Shown here piece by piece: positions 50,635-61,977 of a stretch of DNA of 64,000 bases (position 1 is the first letter of the stretch; each line of letters opens with the position of its first letter). Source of the DNA: Rhodothermales bacterium (GTDB lineage: Bacteria; Bacteroidota; Rhodothermia; Rhodothermales; Bin80); NCBI GenBank assembly GCA_022821385.1, contig JAJEDR010000077.1, positions 42,891 through 106,890 on the forward strand, read 5' to 3'. The translations under genes and the position numbers were made by a program. A model generated the notes under the pieces. The model was not told the DNA's origin, ran no database searches, and saw only the letters and a program-made list of their open reading frames with translations.

Positions 50635-52860
50635 CTAGTGGCGACGGCGTCCCCGAGGCTTGGGACCTCTGGGGTGACGGTTCCCCCTTGGTGAACTCTT
50701 TTGACGTGAATTATCCCGAAACTCGACATTTTTCGGACGCGGTTGTGTGATCTTATGGCTAAGCTGCAGACGTCCACGGTCGTTAATCTGCATGAGGCGC
50801 ACCTTCATTTTGTCCCCAACCTGGACTACATCACGCGGATGTTCAACCCACTCCCAGGAAAGCTGACTCTTGTGCACCAAGCCATCCTTACCCGGAAGTA
50901 TTTCCACGACAGCACCAACATCAAGAACGCTGCGTACGATACCCTCGTATTCCTCTCCAACCTCTGGCGAAACAACCAGTGAGCGGATAATTGCTACGGC
51001 CTCATTCACTGAACTTTCGTTTTTCCCTGCGATAGTCACATAGCCGAGATTATCCTTCTCCTCAATTTCGATTACTACCCCTGTGTCTGCCTGGATGCTC
51101 CGAACGATTTTTCCTCCAGGTCCAATAACCGCACCAATTGAGTCAGTATCGATCGTAATTTGTGTGAGTTTTGGAGCATGGGGCGACATGCTTTCTCGAG
51201 TATGTGCCAGTGTTGCATCCATCAGGTCGAGAATATGCAATCTGGCTTCGCGGGCCTGTTCAAGTGCCTGCAGCATGAGATCGCTAGAGAGCCCTCCAAT
51301 CTTGATGTCCATCTGACACGCCGTAATACCATCAAGTGTACCGGTCACCTTGAAATCCATATCTCCCAGGTGATCCTCCGTACCGAGGATATCTGTAAGT
51401 ACGACATGACGTGTTTCGTCAGCTATCATACCCATTGCGACACCTGCAACAGCTTTGCGAACTGGTACCCCTGCATCCATGAGTGCAAGACTACCTGAAC
51501 ATACACTGGCCATAGAGGAAGATCCGTTAGATTCCAGAACATCTGCATTAACTCGAATCGTATACGGGAATTCTTCTACATCGGGAATCATCTGGCGCAA
51601 CGCACGTTCAGCCAGGTAACCATGCCCAACCTCGCGCCTGCTTGCACCGCGGAGGAATTTGACCTCTCCCGTCGAAAACGGCGGGAATTCATAGTGGAGA
51701 AAGAAGTGCTTATCCTCTTGGTCAAAGACCTGATCTACGGCCTGTTGGTCGCGTGCGGTCCCCAGGGTGACGGATGCCATCACCTGAGTTTCACCCCTTG
51801 TGAAGATTGACGACCCATGTACGCGCGGCAGGTAGCCTACCTCGCACCAAATTGGACGCACGGACTGTGGATCACGACCATCGATCCGTTTGTGCTCTGC
51901 CAGGACCATTTCACGCATAACTTCACGGGATACAATCCTTGCCGCAGCAAGGGCTTCAGACGCAAGCTCCTCGGGGTCTTCTTTCTCAGAAATAACAGCT
52001 TCAACAGCTTCCTCTTCCAAGGAATTAAGTCCACCGTAAAAGCTTTTTTTCTCGTACGGGGCACGAACATGTGCCTCAAGTTTTTCCTGTATGGCTTCCC
52101 GTGCTTTGTCTATGATAGCCGGATCGGGAGTATTTGTCTCATAAGACTGAGCCTCAACTGTCCCGTGCACCTCTTCAAATGCCGCACGCAAGTCCAGTTG
52201 CACTTGGCAAACCTTGATAATTGCTTCATGTGCAACGCCTAGGGCTTCAACCATATCTTCTTCGGAGACCTCACTCATCTCGCCCTCCACCATGACAATG
52301 GAGTCCAGCTTGCCTGCCACTACCAGGTTAAAGTCACTGGATTCCAGCTCTTCCAGGGTAGGATTTACGATAAAACTTCCCTCAACACGTCCGATACGAA
52401 CCTCCGCTATTGGACCATCGAAAGGGGCGCCTGACAGCAAGAGTGCTGCAGAAGCCCCGAGGCCAAACAGCATATCGCCATCATGCTCGTCATCTGCAGA
52501 TATCACCGAACCAATGACCTGCACCTCATTGAGGTAGCCATCGGGAAAAAGTGGTCGAATTGCTCGATCAACAAGTCTGGACGTGAGGATTTCTTTATCA
52601 TTAAGCCGTCCTTCCCGCTTAATGAATCCACCAGGAATTTTTCCACCAGAGGAGAATTTTTCACGGTAATCCACCATGAGCGGAAAAAAACCTTGACCAG
52701 GACGTACGGAATCAGATACTACGGTGGTAGCCATTACCATGGTATCACCCATGCGTACGACCACCGCTCCACCTGCTTGTTTGGCCAATCGGCCGGTCTC
52801 TATTGATACTACTTTTCCGGGTGCGCACTCTACCTGCGCGGTTATTGCTTTAGGGGTCAT
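50635..52860 (-). CDS. pnp: Polyribonucleotide nucleotidyltransferase
   Basis: ETGRLAKQA, FTRGETQ, ESNGSSSMA, DHLGDMDFK, KH and S1 domains. Confidence 0.98.
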   Translation of the reverse strand: MTPKAITAQVECAPGKVVSIETGRLAKQAGGAVVVRMGDTMVMATTVVSDSVRPGQGFFPLMVDYREKFSSGGKIPGGFIKREGRLNDKEILTSRLVDRAIRPLFPDGYLNEVQVIGSVISADDEHDGDMLFGLGASAALLLSGAPFDGPIAEVRIGRVEGSFIVNPTLEELESSDFNLVVAGKLDSIVMVEGEMSEVSEEDMVEALGVAHEAIIKVCQVQLDLRAAFEEVHGTVEAQSYETNTPDPAIIDKAREAIQEKLEAHVRAPYEKKSFYGGLNSLEEEAVEAVISEKEDPEELASEALAAARIVSREVMREMVLAEHKRIDGRDPQSVRPIWCEVGYLPRVHGSSIFTRGETQVMASVTLGTARDQQAVDQVFDQEDKHFFLHYEFPPFSTGEVKFLRGASRREVGHGYLAERALRQMIPDVEEFPYTIRVNADVLESNGSSSMASVCSGSLALMDAGVPVRKAVAGVAMGMIADETRHVVLTDILGTEDHLGDMDFKVTGTLDGITACQMDIKIGGLSSDLMLQALEQAREARLHILDLMDATLAHTRESMSPHAPKLTQITIDTDSIGAVIGPGGKIVRSIQADTGVVIEIEEKDNLGYVTIAGKNESSVNEAVAIIRSLVVSPEVGEEYEGIVRSVLDVGAVVEILPGKDGLVHKSQLSWEWVEHPRDVVQVGDKMKVRLMQINDRGRLQLSHKITQPRPKNVEFRDNSRQKSSPRGNRHPRGPKPRGRRRH

Positions 52861-52873
52861 TTAATTTCGTTAT

Positions 52874-52914
52874 AAAAAGCGTGCCCGAACGATTCATGTA
52901 TTTGGTTCGGGGAC
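52874..52914 (-). terminator. Hairpin plus U-tract between rpsO and pnp (terminator or processing site)
   Basis: Minus strand GTCCCCGAAC...GTTCGGGCAC followed by GCTTTTT. Confidence 0.55.
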
Positions 52915-52923
52915 TTCACTGCC

Positions 52924-53190
52924 TTACTTACGCAGGCCCAACGCTTTGGTGATACTCCGATAGCGTTCAATGTCTTTGTCTATCAGATAATTGAGCATCC
53001 TGCGACGTTTCCCGACCAGTTTTAATAGGCCGCGTCGAGTTGCGTGATCTTTTTTGTGGTTCCTCAAATGTTGTGTCAGGTGGTTAATTCGGTGAGAAAA
53101 GACTGCAATCTGTACCTCAGCTCTACCTGTATCTTGGGAATTTTTGCCGAATTTCTCGGCTAAATGTTGAGTTTGCTCCTTTGTTATCAT
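52924..53190 (-). CDS. rpsO: 30S ribosomal protein S15
   Basis: [10 protein letters not shown] and [22 protein letters not shown]. Confidence 0.98.
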   Translation of the reverse strand: MITKEQTQHLAEKFGKNSQDTGRAEVQIAVFSHRINHLTQHLRNHKKDHATRRGLLKLVGKRRRMLNYLIDKDIERYRSITKALGLRK

Positions 53191-53199
53191 TTAGTTTAC

Positions 53200-53265
53200 A
53201 GTGACAAGTTGGTCTCGGGTTCGATATCGCTCCCGCAAAGTGACCATCACGCAAGACCAAGCCGC
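53200..53265 (-). promoter_or_regulatory. Candidate structured rpsO leader (S15 autoregulation)
   Basis: Minus-strand UUGGUCUUG pairs with CGAGACCAA and encloses short internal hairpins, immediately 5' of the rpsO start. Confidence 0.5.
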
Positions 53266-53292
53266 GATTTGCTTTTGGTCAGCCGAAGCGAA

Positions 53293-54249
53293 TCAGCCCG
53301 GTGGTACGGTATGCCTGTGTGTCTGTTCCAAAACCTGTTTGCATATAATCTCATCCTCTCGCATCGCCGCCTGTAACATCGCCATTGATGGATAATATCG
53401 CTCCTCACGTATGCGCTGTAAAAAGTGTACGGTCAATTCCTCACCGTAGATGCTGTCATTGAAGTCAAACAAATGCACTTCCAGGTGTACGCCTGTACTT
53501 TCTTTGACTGCCGGGCGTGTGCCTATACTCATCATGCCTCCTTTACGGGCATCGGATGTCTGAACACTAACGGCATAGATGCCGTGGGCAGGAACGACTT
53601 TCTGCGGATCTAGCAAAGCAAGGTTTGCTGTGGGATAGCCGAGCCCCTGACCACGGGCATCTCCACGAATAACAGTTCCCGTCAGACAATAGGGACGATC
53701 AAGAAATTGTGCAGCAAGTGAAACATCTCCTTTTTCCTGCAAGGCATGACGCACTTTTCTGGAGGATACAACTACACCGCCCTCTGTCTGAGGGCCGACA
53801 ACGTTCACATCAAACCCATACTGTTCTCCCATGGAGGCGAGCAACTCAATATTACCTTTGCGTCCCTTCCCGAACCTATGATCGTGCCCTACAACGACGG
53901 ACTGTAAGCCTATACGTTTGACAAGCAACTCGGTGACAAACTCCTCTGCACTCATTTCCGAAAACTTCTCGGTAAACGGCAAGACAATCATCCGTCCAAG
54001 CCCCAGGCTCGCCAACACATCGGCGCGTTCTTCCACAGTCGTTAACCTTGGAAGCAGCTGGTTCAGTAGAACTTCGCGCGGATGCGGATCGAATGTGACT
54101 AGGGTACTTAATCCATTTGAGTTATTGGCCCGCTGAATAATATCCGAGAGAATCACTCTGTGTCCTAGGTGCACACCGTCAAAGGTACCTACGGTCAGTA
54201 CACTCTCGGGCCGACAGGTTAGCCCTTCCAGGCCTCGTTCAAATATCAT
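53293..54249 (-). CDS. ribF: Bifunctional riboflavin kinase/FAD synthetase
   Basis: GTFDGVHLGH, TFDPHP, LGYPTAN and LEVHLFDF. Confidence 0.97.
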   Translation of the reverse strand: MIFERGLEGLTCRPESVLTVGTFDGVHLGHRVILSDIIQRANNSNGLSTLVTFDPHPREVLLNQLLPRLTTVEERADVLASLGLGRMIVLPFTEKFSEMSAEEFVTELLVKRIGLQSVVVGHDHRFGKGRKGNIELLASMGEQYGFDVNVVGPQTEGGVVVSSRKVRHALQEKGDVSLAAQFLDRPYCLTGTVIRGDARGQGLGYPTANLALLDPQKVVPAHGIYAVSVQTSDARKGGMMSIGTRPAVKESTGVHLEVHLFDFNDSIYGEELTVHFLQRIREERYYPSMAMLQAAMREDEIICKQVLEQTHRHTVPPG

Positions 54250-54977
54250 CTATTCTCCAATACAGATATCAGTTGCTGCATGTCCCATGCCTCCTGAACT
54301 TGATATGCTCCGATGGCAGTGCGTCGCAGCTTCGTGAGATGCGCCCCTACCCCCAAACTTTGACCGACATCGTGTGCTAACACCCGTATGTAGGTACCTT
54401 TGCCACATCGTACTCGGAATTGCACATCAGTCCCATCTACATTAAGCAAGTCAAAAGCAGATACCTTAACTGTATTCGGTTTACGCAGAACCGATTCTCC
54501 TCGCCGAGCTTTTTTGTAAAGCCGTTCTCCACCAACCTTGACAGCAGAATACATAGGAGGAATTTGTTCTATTGTTCCGGTATGAGCGACACAGGCCGAC
54601 GCTATTTGCGGGGGCGTAACCATAGTAATATCTCTGCGCTCAATTACCTCGGTCTCTGCGTCCATTGAGGGAGTTACCTCTCCCAAGCGCATTGTACCAT
54701 AATAAACCTTCGGAAGGGCAAGAAAGGCTTGCTGTGTCTTGGTTGCCTTGCCAAATAACAGGATCAACAGCCCGGTGGCCAGTGGATCAAGTGTACCTGC
54801 GTGTCCAATTTTGACAGACTTAGGAAAGTACCGTTTAAGGCGCCTTATTATGTCGTAGGATGTCCAACCCTCAGGTTTGTCTATAAGAAATGCTGAGCCT
54901 GGAATATCCCCCAATACCATTCCAGCGGAATAAACGGGTACGTCTAGTACAGTCTCTGATCCGTGAAGCTGTCCCAA
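54246..54977 (-). CDS. truB: tRNA pseudouridine(55) synthase
   Basis: DKPEGWTS, GHAGTLDPLATG, PPMYSAVK and KGTYIR. Confidence 0.97.
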   Translation of the reverse strand: MGQLHGSETVLDVPVYSAGMVLGDIPGSAFLIDKPEGWTSYDIIRRLKRYFPKSVKIGHAGTLDPLATGLLILLFGKATKTQQAFLALPKVYYGTMRLGEVTPSMDAETEVIERRDITMVTPPQIASACVAHTGTIEQIPPMYSAVKVGGERLYKKARRGESVLRKPNTVKVSAFDLLNVDGTDVQFRVRCGKGTYIRVLAHDVGQSLGVGAHLTKLRRTAIGAYQVQEAWDMQQLISVLENR

Positions 54978-55286
54978 AATCCCGTCAATTTGTTCTTCTT
55001 AGATTGTCAGCATTCTCTACATGCCCAACACCAGCCATAGGAGATACCTTACCGCAAAACAACTGCACTAACGTGGACAATTGAGATGTGTTACAATGCT
55101 GGCGAATACACGATTTTACGAGGATCTGCCAAGATAGTGACGTAAACTGCCCAATGCCTGTCATGTATGGCGTGACGTGCGTTTCAATTGGCCCACTCCA
55201 ACACCCTTCCCATATCTCTTGGCCTGATACAGGGATTCGCATGACTCCTCCTAACAGCTTCCGATACCTTTAATCAGTTCGATGAA

Positions 55287-56378
55287 TTAGCGGCTCCAAT
55301 CAATTTCGCCAAGATCGTACCAATCAATTGCCCGCTCGGCAATATCGTCCTTATCGGGTGCGCGTTCCACAAGAGTCACAAGAGTTGATTCGAAAATATC
55401 AAAACCCATGAGCCGATCTTTGACGCGCACTGCGCCAACATATGTAGTGTCAGTCCAAATATCAAAGTAGGAGAAGGCGTCACGGTCACGAGTAGTAGCC
55501 ACCCACAGACGGTTCTGACTATCAAAGCTGAATGTACTCGGCTTGAGAAGCCATTCCTTGGGTTTTGCTAGAAACTCTGCTGCAATGGCGTCCTCCTCCG
55601 ACTCAGTAATCGGTCCTGCAAGAGAGCGGAGAGAAAGCATAACATCCATATGAGCGGCAAGGTCGCGTTCATTGGGCAGGGCTTCAACGTAGCTGGGAGA
55701 CACGACCACGGTAGCGGTTGGAGCATCCTTGTGAGAAAAGAATGCCAATTCATACTCGCAGACCTGAAATACAAGTCCCCCGCCTGGCGTTGAGACACCC
55801 ACCGCCGGATTAAAACAATTACGATCCACAGCATCGCCTAGGTCCGTGCGCTTCCACAGAACTTCGCCGGAAGATACATCAACTTCCATAGGAACATAGC
55901 TAGGCAGGAATTCTGTCTCAAAATCCGGCATTACCAATTCAAATCCGTACAAACGATCATCACGAAGTGAGGTGGGAGAGAAACTTTGCGGCAAACGTGT
56001 CTCCGACACAAGCGTGCCATTCGGACTGAAGAACGTCAGACGATCTTCCCCAATATCCATAGCCACTACATGACCATCACGACCGCGCCCAATGCCGGGA
56101 GGAGCTGCGAATTCCCCAGGCCCTCTACCTTCGCCCCCAATTACGGTTGTATTGCCATTAACCCTATCCACACAATGAATGTGAAACTCATAGGAGTTAA
56201 TTACGCACGCAACCTCTTCAGATAAGATTGACACATCGTTTGAGGTGCTGATCGGAGCACCATGAGAGGCGTCGGGAGAAAGTGCTATGGTCTCAGATAA
56301 ATCAGACCGCTCAGATGTGCATCCCGACAAACAAAGCAAGGCAACCACAGGTGCATACGACAACAAGACAACTCTCAA
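55287..56378 (-). CDS. Six-bladed beta-propeller lipoprotein
   Basis: LCLSGC lipobox, GGEGRGPGEF blade motif and FDSQNRLWV. ORF extends to 56471. Confidence 0.75.
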   Translation of the reverse strand: MRVVLLSYAPVVALLCLSGCTSERSDLSETIALSPDASHGAPISTSNDVSILSEEVACVINSYEFHIHCVDRVNGNTTVIGGEGRGPGEFAAPPGIGRGRDGHVVAMDIGEDRLTFFSPNGTLVSETRLPQSFSPTSLRDDRLYGFELVMPDFETEFLPSYVPMEVDVSSGEVLWKRTDLGDAVDRNCFNPAVGVSTPGGGLVFQVCEYELAFFSHKDAPTATVVVSPSYVEALPNERDLAAHMDVMLSLRSLAGPITESEEDAIAAEFLAKPKEWLLKPSTFSFDSQNRLWVATTRDRDAFSYFDIWTDTTYVGAVRVKDRLMGFDIFESTLVTLVERAPDKDDIAERAIDWYDLGEIDWSR

Positions 56379-56770
56379 CGTGACCGACTTAATTTGGGAG
56401 TTAAGCCCCCAACTGTACGAGCCTCTTGACGGATCATTTTTTGAGGTTGAATTCAAGTAGCTTGCCTGCATGATTTGGGGAGTGTTATTGAATTTCGCGG
56501 GGCAACAATTTAGGGGTTTCGCAAGAGACTTTTACGAATGTATTTTCTACGGTCCTTGATTGATGACTCTATCCACGGAAAAAAGGCTATTACTGCGATC
56601 CAATCTCTGAATTTCAATCTGATTGATAGCTGATGTCAACCATAAAGCGTTGCATTAACAGAGTATTGTATAGGCACAACGCGACATCACCGCAACAAGC
56701 CCCGAGTCCAGCGTTATATCAAACCTAATGATTACGCTAACCTGACCAAGACCCGACTCCTTAAGCAGCG

Positions 56771-57127
56771 CTATTTATTGCTTTGCTGCTCCTTTATCCG
56801 ATCAAAAAGTAGATCTATTTTGCGAGCCGCTTCCTGTGAGTTATCCAGAGAAAATCGGATACTAGGAACAGCACGCATCTGATGTCGGATACGTTGCGCA
56901 AGAAGTTTGCGAATTGTAGATGAATGCCCTACCAAGGTGTCAAATATATTTTGACGCTCCTCCGCTGAGTCCACCAAAATGCTGATGTCAACGTGCGCTA
57001 TTGACAAATCGCGTGTGACACGGGCCCCTATCACCGTCACCATGGATTTATCGGGGAATTCGTGCGCGAGGATGCCAGCAATCTCGCGATGCATCAATTT
57101 GGCCACGCGCTGTGTTCGCACGCTCAT
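56771..57127 (-). CDS. rbfA: Ribosome-binding factor A
   Basis: RTQRVAK, VTRDLSIA and VPSIRFSLD. Confidence 0.96.
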   Translation of the reverse strand: MSVRTQRVAKLMHREIAGILAHEFPDKSMVTVIGARVTRDLSIAHVDISILVDSAEERQNIFDTLVGHSSTIRKLLAQRIRHQMRAVPSIRFSLDNSQEAARKIDLLFDRIKEQQSNK

Positions 57128-57135
57128 ATTTTCGG

Positions 57136-60075
57136 CTACAAGTCAAGCGTACGCTTAGTCTGGACCATTTCGAAGGCCTCAATCTGGTCACCAACTTTGA
57201 TATCGTTGTAGTTCTCGACGCCAATCCCGCACTCATATCCGGAAACCACCTCACGGACATCATCCTTAAAACGACGAAGCGACGCGAGCCGCCCTTCGTA
57301 GATAACCACGCCTTCTCGTAGAAGATGGACGGTGTCACTGCGACGGATACGTCCTTCGGATATATAGCAACCGGCTACAGTCCCGGCTTTGGGTACCTTG
57401 AAGATGTCACGTACTTCCGCCACGCCGGTGATTTTTTCAGTTTCCTCCGGCGTCAACAAGCCCTCCAGTGCATCCCGAATGTCTTCTATGGCATCGTAGA
57501 TGATGGAGTAGGTGTGGATATCAATCTCTTCGCGCTCCGATGCTATACGCGCGCCTGATGTCGGACGCACCTGGAATCCAATGATCACCGCATCAGATGC
57601 CGAGGCCAACATAACATCGCTTTCGGTAATTGCACCTACTCCCGCGTGTATGATGCTGACGGCCACTTCATCAGTTGACAGCTTATGGAGTGAATCACTG
57701 ATGGCCTCAACGGAACCTCCAACATCGGCTTTAATAATGAGATTAAGCTCGCTAAAATCTCCCAGCGCCATCCTGCGCCCGATGTCTTCAAGCCGCACGT
57801 GCTTGAACTGACGCATTTTCTGTTCGCGCCATATTTGTTGACGTCTCTGCGAAATGTCACGTGCTTCTGACTCATTCTCCACTCCAGCCAATCGGTCGCC
57901 AACCATTGGTTGTCCAGGCAATCCCAACACCAGAGCCGGTTCGCTTGGACCGGCAGCCTTTATGCGATTATCACGCTCGTCAAACATGGCACGGACCCGC
58001 CCACCGTAAATGCCTGCTACAAACGGGTCTCCTACCCTAAGCGTACCATTCTGGACAAGAACCGTAGCAATATTACCGCGCCCACGATCCAGTCTGCTCT
58101 CAATTACAATACCTTGGGCGGAACGTAGGACATTGCCTTTCAGCTCCAGGATGTCTGCTTCCAGAAGCACCTTTTCCAAGAGATCCTCAATGCCTTCGCC
58201 CGTTTTTGCTGAGACAAATGCACACTGTACCTTTCCACCGTATTGTTCAACCAGAACCCCGTAATCCGCGAGCTCTTTCATGACCCGCTGCACATCGGCC
58301 TGCTCCAGGTCAATCTTGTTGACTGCAACGATCAGGGCAACACCGGCGGCCTTCGCGTGATTGATCGCCTCAATAGTCTGAGGCATGACGGAATCGTTAG
58401 CCGCTACAACCAAGATGACTACATCGGTGACCTTTGCACCACGAGCACGCATTGCGGTGAATGCTTCGTGGCCCGGCGTGTCCAGGAAGGTTACCATACG
58501 ATCATCGTCGAGTCTGACCTTATAGGCACCTATATGCTGCGTGATTCCTCCAGACTCGCCTGCGACAACACTTGCGTTACGGATGTAATCAAGCAATGAG
58601 GTCTTCCCATGATCCACGTGCCCCATCACGGTTACCACAGGGGCTCTAGGACTCAAATCTTCTGGTTCATCCTCCGCCTCGTCAATATCATCCTCTCCAA
58701 ACTCGGTAATGAATTCCACCTTGCAGTCGAACTCATCGGCTACATAGGCTATGGTATCCGCATCCAGTCTCTGATTAATGGAAACCATCATGCCAGAACT
58801 CAGCAGCATACTGATGATTTCCGTAACAGGGACTCCCATCAGATCTGCAAGTTCGCCGGTTGACACAAATTCGGTGACGCGAATCTCGTGCTCCCTCTGC
58901 TCCTGCTCAATCTGTACATTAAGACGTTTTTCCGCCCGTTCCTGGCGACGAGCTCTCCGCCTCCGTTGGCGCACCCGCGCTGTGCCTTGCTCTAACGAGC
59001 GGAGCGTCTCCTGAACTGACTGTCCAACCTCAGCTGAATCTACCTTGCTCTTACGTTTGCGCTTACGCTTTTTAGGTTTGCTGGCCGCCGGCTTGTCTGC
59101 TGTTTTTTTAGTTGTTTCTGCAGGGCTAGGTGCAGCCGCGACAGACTTCTTACGTTTGCGTTTCTTCCGTTTGGTACGGGGAGGCTTGGTCTCCTTGACC
59201 TTCTCGAGATCTATTTTGCCAATGATCTTCGTGCCTTGCAACTTGTACCTGTCGGCCACAATAACATCCTCCGCTTCATCGTGAGGCTCGGTCTTTTCGG
59301 GTTCAGTTACTTCCAGGGTAGCCTCCGTCGCTTCAGTCGTCTCGGTTAGTACGGGAGTTTCTTCTTCACTGATCTCGGGCTTGATTTCTTCCTCAGGCTG
59401 TACATCAACCACTTCTTCGTTGACTTCAGGAAGCACGTCCGGCTTTTCGGCCACGGTGACTTCACGAACCTCCTCCTGAACCTCGGATTCTTCTGGATCG
59501 ACAGGTATTTCTTCCTCTTGCACGTCTACTGCCCCTTCCTGTATAGTTGACTCCTCCTCTACATCCAATGCCGTTCTCTCAGCCTCAGGTTTTTCGACTA
59601 CAACAGTTTCTGGCACATCGTCTGAAGTAGTCAATTCGTCCTGTAATTCCTCCTCTGGAGACACAGCTTGCTCCGCTTCGTCTACAGGAGCTGGTTCAAA
59701 TTCATCGACGGGGGCGTCCTCAACGGTCGACTCGGGCTCATCTTGTTTCGGCTGTGCCACCGTTGGAACTGTTTTTTGCGCACTGCTGGGTGCCGAGTCC
59801 CCACTTGATGCAGCCAACTCTGCCTCACGTATAGCACGCAGCTCCTCTACACGAGCACGCATTTCGCGGTCTTCCGCAAAATTATCTAGAAGATCCAGGT
59901 AGGCATCTTGATCGGTGATAGCCGCATTAATACCATTTCCCTTTAGCGCACTTGCATACCCTCGCTCAGTCAGGTGACCGACAATAGTGTCCGTAGTCAG
60001 GTTAAGCTCCTTAACTACTTTATGTAGTCGGACCTTTTTGAACTTCTTCGGTTTTTTGGTGGCGGTAGTCGCCAT
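57136..60075 (-). CDS. infB: Translation initiation factor IF-2
   Basis: [27 protein letters not shown] and [12 protein letters not shown]. Confidence 0.98.
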   Translation of the reverse strand: MATTATKKPKKFKKVRLHKVVKELNLTTDTIVGHLTERGYASALKGNGINAAITDQDAYLDLLDNFAEDREMRARVEELRAIREAELAASSGDSAPSSAQKTVPTVAQPKQDEPESTVEDAPVDEFEPAPVDEAEQAVSPEEELQDELTTSDDVPETVVVEKPEAERTALDVEEESTIQEGAVDVQEEEIPVDPEESEVQEEVREVTVAEKPDVLPEVNEEVVDVQPEEEIKPEISEEETPVLTETTEATEATLEVTEPEKTEPHDEAEDVIVADRYKLQGTKIIGKIDLEKVKETKPPRTKRKKRKRKKSVAAAPSPAETTKKTADKPAASKPKKRKRKRKSKVDSAEVGQSVQETLRSLEQGTARVRQRRRRARRQERAEKRLNVQIEQEQREHEIRVTEFVSTGELADLMGVPVTEIISMLLSSGMMVSINQRLDADTIAYVADEFDCKVEFITEFGEDDIDEAEDEPEDLSPRAPVVTVMGHVDHGKTSLLDYIRNASVVAGESGGITQHIGAYKVRLDDDRMVTFLDTPGHEAFTAMRARGAKVTDVVILVVAANDSVMPQTIEAINHAKAAGVALIVAVNKIDLEQADVQRVMKELADYGVLVEQYGGKVQCAFVSAKTGEGIEDLLEKVLLEADILELKGNVLRSAQGIVIESRLDRGRGNIATVLVQNGTLRVGDPFVAGIYGGRVRAMFDERDNRIKAAGPSEPALVLGLPGQPMVGDRLAGVENESEARDISQRRQQIWREQKMRQFKHVRLEDIGRRMALGDFSELNLIIKADVGGSVEAISDSLHKLSTDEVAVSIIHAGVGAITESDVMLASASDAVIIGFQVRPTSGARIASEREEIDIHTYSIIYDAIEDIRDALEGLLTPEETEKITGVAEVRDIFKVPKAGTVAGCYISEGRIRRSDTVHLLREGVVIYEGRLASLRRFKDDVREVVSGYECGIGVENYNDIKVGDQIEAFEMVQTKRTLDL

Positions 60076-60116
60076 GTGCGCTGTCTGAGTCGGTTTCTTA
60101 TACTAACACAATACGA

Positions 60117-61397
60117 TTAAAACTCAAATTCTTCTTCCAACTCCTCCCCTTCCTCGTCATCAAACTCCGACTTAATAGCTTCCATGACACGCGTAGCTAC
60201 TTCAACATCAAGTTGACTCCTACGAACGAGCTCTTCAACGGAAAGCTGGAGCACTGCCTTGGCGGAATCACATCCAATGCTTCGTAATCGCTGGATGATT
60301 TCGTCATCAAATTCATCGGAGAATTCTTCGATTTCTACATCCTCTTCATCCGCCGGTATCTCCCGGAAAATATCCAACTCAATACCTGTCATGCGTGATG
60401 CAAGGCGAACATTGATCGCCCCCTTGCCAATGGCCTGGCTGACCTCGTCTGCCTTAACGACTACCTTGGCCGTGGGTGGATCCAGTGAATCGTTGATCTT
60501 TACCTCGATCGGATTTGACGGGGAAAGCGTTCGCTTGATCAAGGTGTATGGATCATCTGTCCATTCCATTACATCAATATTCTCATTGCTGAGTTCACGC
60601 ACGACGGCATGTATGCGATTGCCTTTGAGCCCCACGCAGGCACCGACAGGATCTATGCGCTCATCATAGCTGATAACGGCCACTTTGGCCCGGTCTCCCG
60701 GCTCACGCACAACCGCCCTAATCTCGACAATACCTTCGTCAATCTCCGGCACTTCAAGCTCAAATAGACGCTCCATAAGCTGAGGCGCGGCGCGACTAAT
60801 GATCACTTGTGGATTGCTGCCTGCATCTCGGCGCACCTCTTTGACAACTGCCCGCAGCATATCTCCTTTGCGATAGCGGTCACGCGGGATCTGCTCCTCC
60901 CGAGGCATAATTAATTCGACCCTGTTATGCAGGACGAGTACTTCCCTGCGTCGCACCTGATAAATTTCACCCACCACTAACTCACCTACAAGGTCAGAAT
61001 ATTCCGCGAAAATATTCTGTTTCTCTATATCCCTGATCCGGTTGCGAAAAGTATACCGGGCCGTCTGTACTGCACGACGGCCAAATTCTGAAATAGATAC
61101 TTCTTCTGCAACTTCATCTTCCACCTCAAAGTCATCTTCAATCTTGAGCGCGTCCTTGAGCTCAATCTGTGTAACCGGGTCGGACAGGTCATAGTCTTCT
61201 ACAACTTCCCGAATATGCAAAACCTGAACATCCCCATAATCCGGATTCAGAATAATCTCGAAGGCTTCGTCTGAACCGAATCGAATCCGGATCATCGATC
61301 TGATTACATCTTCCACGATCAATTGAAGTGTATCCCGATCTATATCCTTCTCGCGAGCAATCTCGGCGAATGACGAAACAAGATCTCTACTTTGCAT
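60117..61397 (-). CDS. nusA: Transcription termination/antitermination factor NusA
   Basis: FGRRAVQ, LFELEVPEI, DPVGACVG and AIGK...NVRLAS. Confidence 0.98.
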   Translation of the reverse strand: MQSRDLVSSFAEIAREKDIDRDTLQLIVEDVIRSMIRIRFGSDEAFEIILNPDYGDVQVLHIREVVEDYDLSDPVTQIELKDALKIEDDFEVEDEVAEEVSISEFGRRAVQTARYTFRNRIRDIEKQNIFAEYSDLVGELVVGEIYQVRRREVLVLHNRVELIMPREEQIPRDRYRKGDMLRAVVKEVRRDAGSNPQVIISRAAPQLMERLFELEVPEIDEGIVEIRAVVREPGDRAKVAVISYDERIDPVGACVGLKGNRIHAVVRELSNENIDVMEWTDDPYTLIKRTLSPSNPIEVKINDSLDPPTAKVVVKADEVSQAIGKGAINVRLASRMTGIELDIFREIPADEEDVEIEEFSDEFDDEIIQRLRSIGCDSAKAVLQLSVEELVRRSQLDVEVATRVMEAIKSEFDDEEGEELEEEFEF

Positions 61398-61418
61398 TTC
61401 AGTTACCTAATGTTATGT

Positions 61419-61889
61419 CTACCAAGGCAATTGTACCTTGGCCCACTGGATATCACTGTGCGGAATTTCTGCGGACTGGGTTCCGTTCTGAATCTGAATG
61501 TATGACTCCTCTACCGCCACCAGTTCCCCACAGGTTTCTGTAAAAGCATCGTTCTCTTTGCGATAGTGAACGCGCAGCTTACGCCCGAGATGTTTTCGGT
61601 ACTGCCGGGGGAGGCGTAAAGGGCGCTTTGCCCCCGGGGTAGATACATTAAGCGTGTAACGCCCCGGCATAATCTCTTCTGTATCTAGGTTAAAGCCGAT
61701 CTCCCGGCTCAATTCAGCAAGCTGATTAACACCAAGCGCATCGTCACTTTCAACAAAAATGTCAATTACATGAGAGCCTTGCGTGCCGCGCACGGAAAAT
61801 TCAACCAGAAAGATTGGACCTCCTTTCAGCATATTTTCAACGAGCATGCAAACACGCTCTTCAAGTGCAACAGTACTCATAATTGCCAT
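61419..61889 (-). CDS. rimP: Ribosome maturation factor RimP
   Basis: YTLNVSTPGAKRPL; position immediately before nusA. Confidence 0.93.
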   Translation of the reverse strand: MAIMSTVALEERVCMLVENMLKGGPIFLVEFSVRGTQGSHVIDIFVESDDALGVNQLAELSREIGFNLDTEEIMPGRYTLNVSTPGAKRPLRLPRQYRKHLGRKLRVHYRKENDAFTETCGELVAVEESYIQIQNGTQSAEIPHSDIQWAKVQLPW

Positions 61890-61949
61890 ATGTCAAAAAC
61901 GCCCAGTCTCGACGGGCGTGACGGGCGCAGCTCACAACGTCAATACAAC

Positions 61950-61977
61950 AAAAAAGGGCGCCCGCAACCGAGCTCCC
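61950..61977 (-). promoter_or_regulatory. rimP-leader-type terminator/attenuator hairpin
   Basis: Minus strand GGGAGCTCG-GTTG-CGGGCGCCC followed by TTTTTT, 60 bp upstream of rimP. Confidence 0.6.

Noticed and set aside
59040-59820. Long acidic, low-complexity and Lys/Arg-rich stretch in infB
   Set aside because: Variable N-terminal extensions are normal for IF-2.
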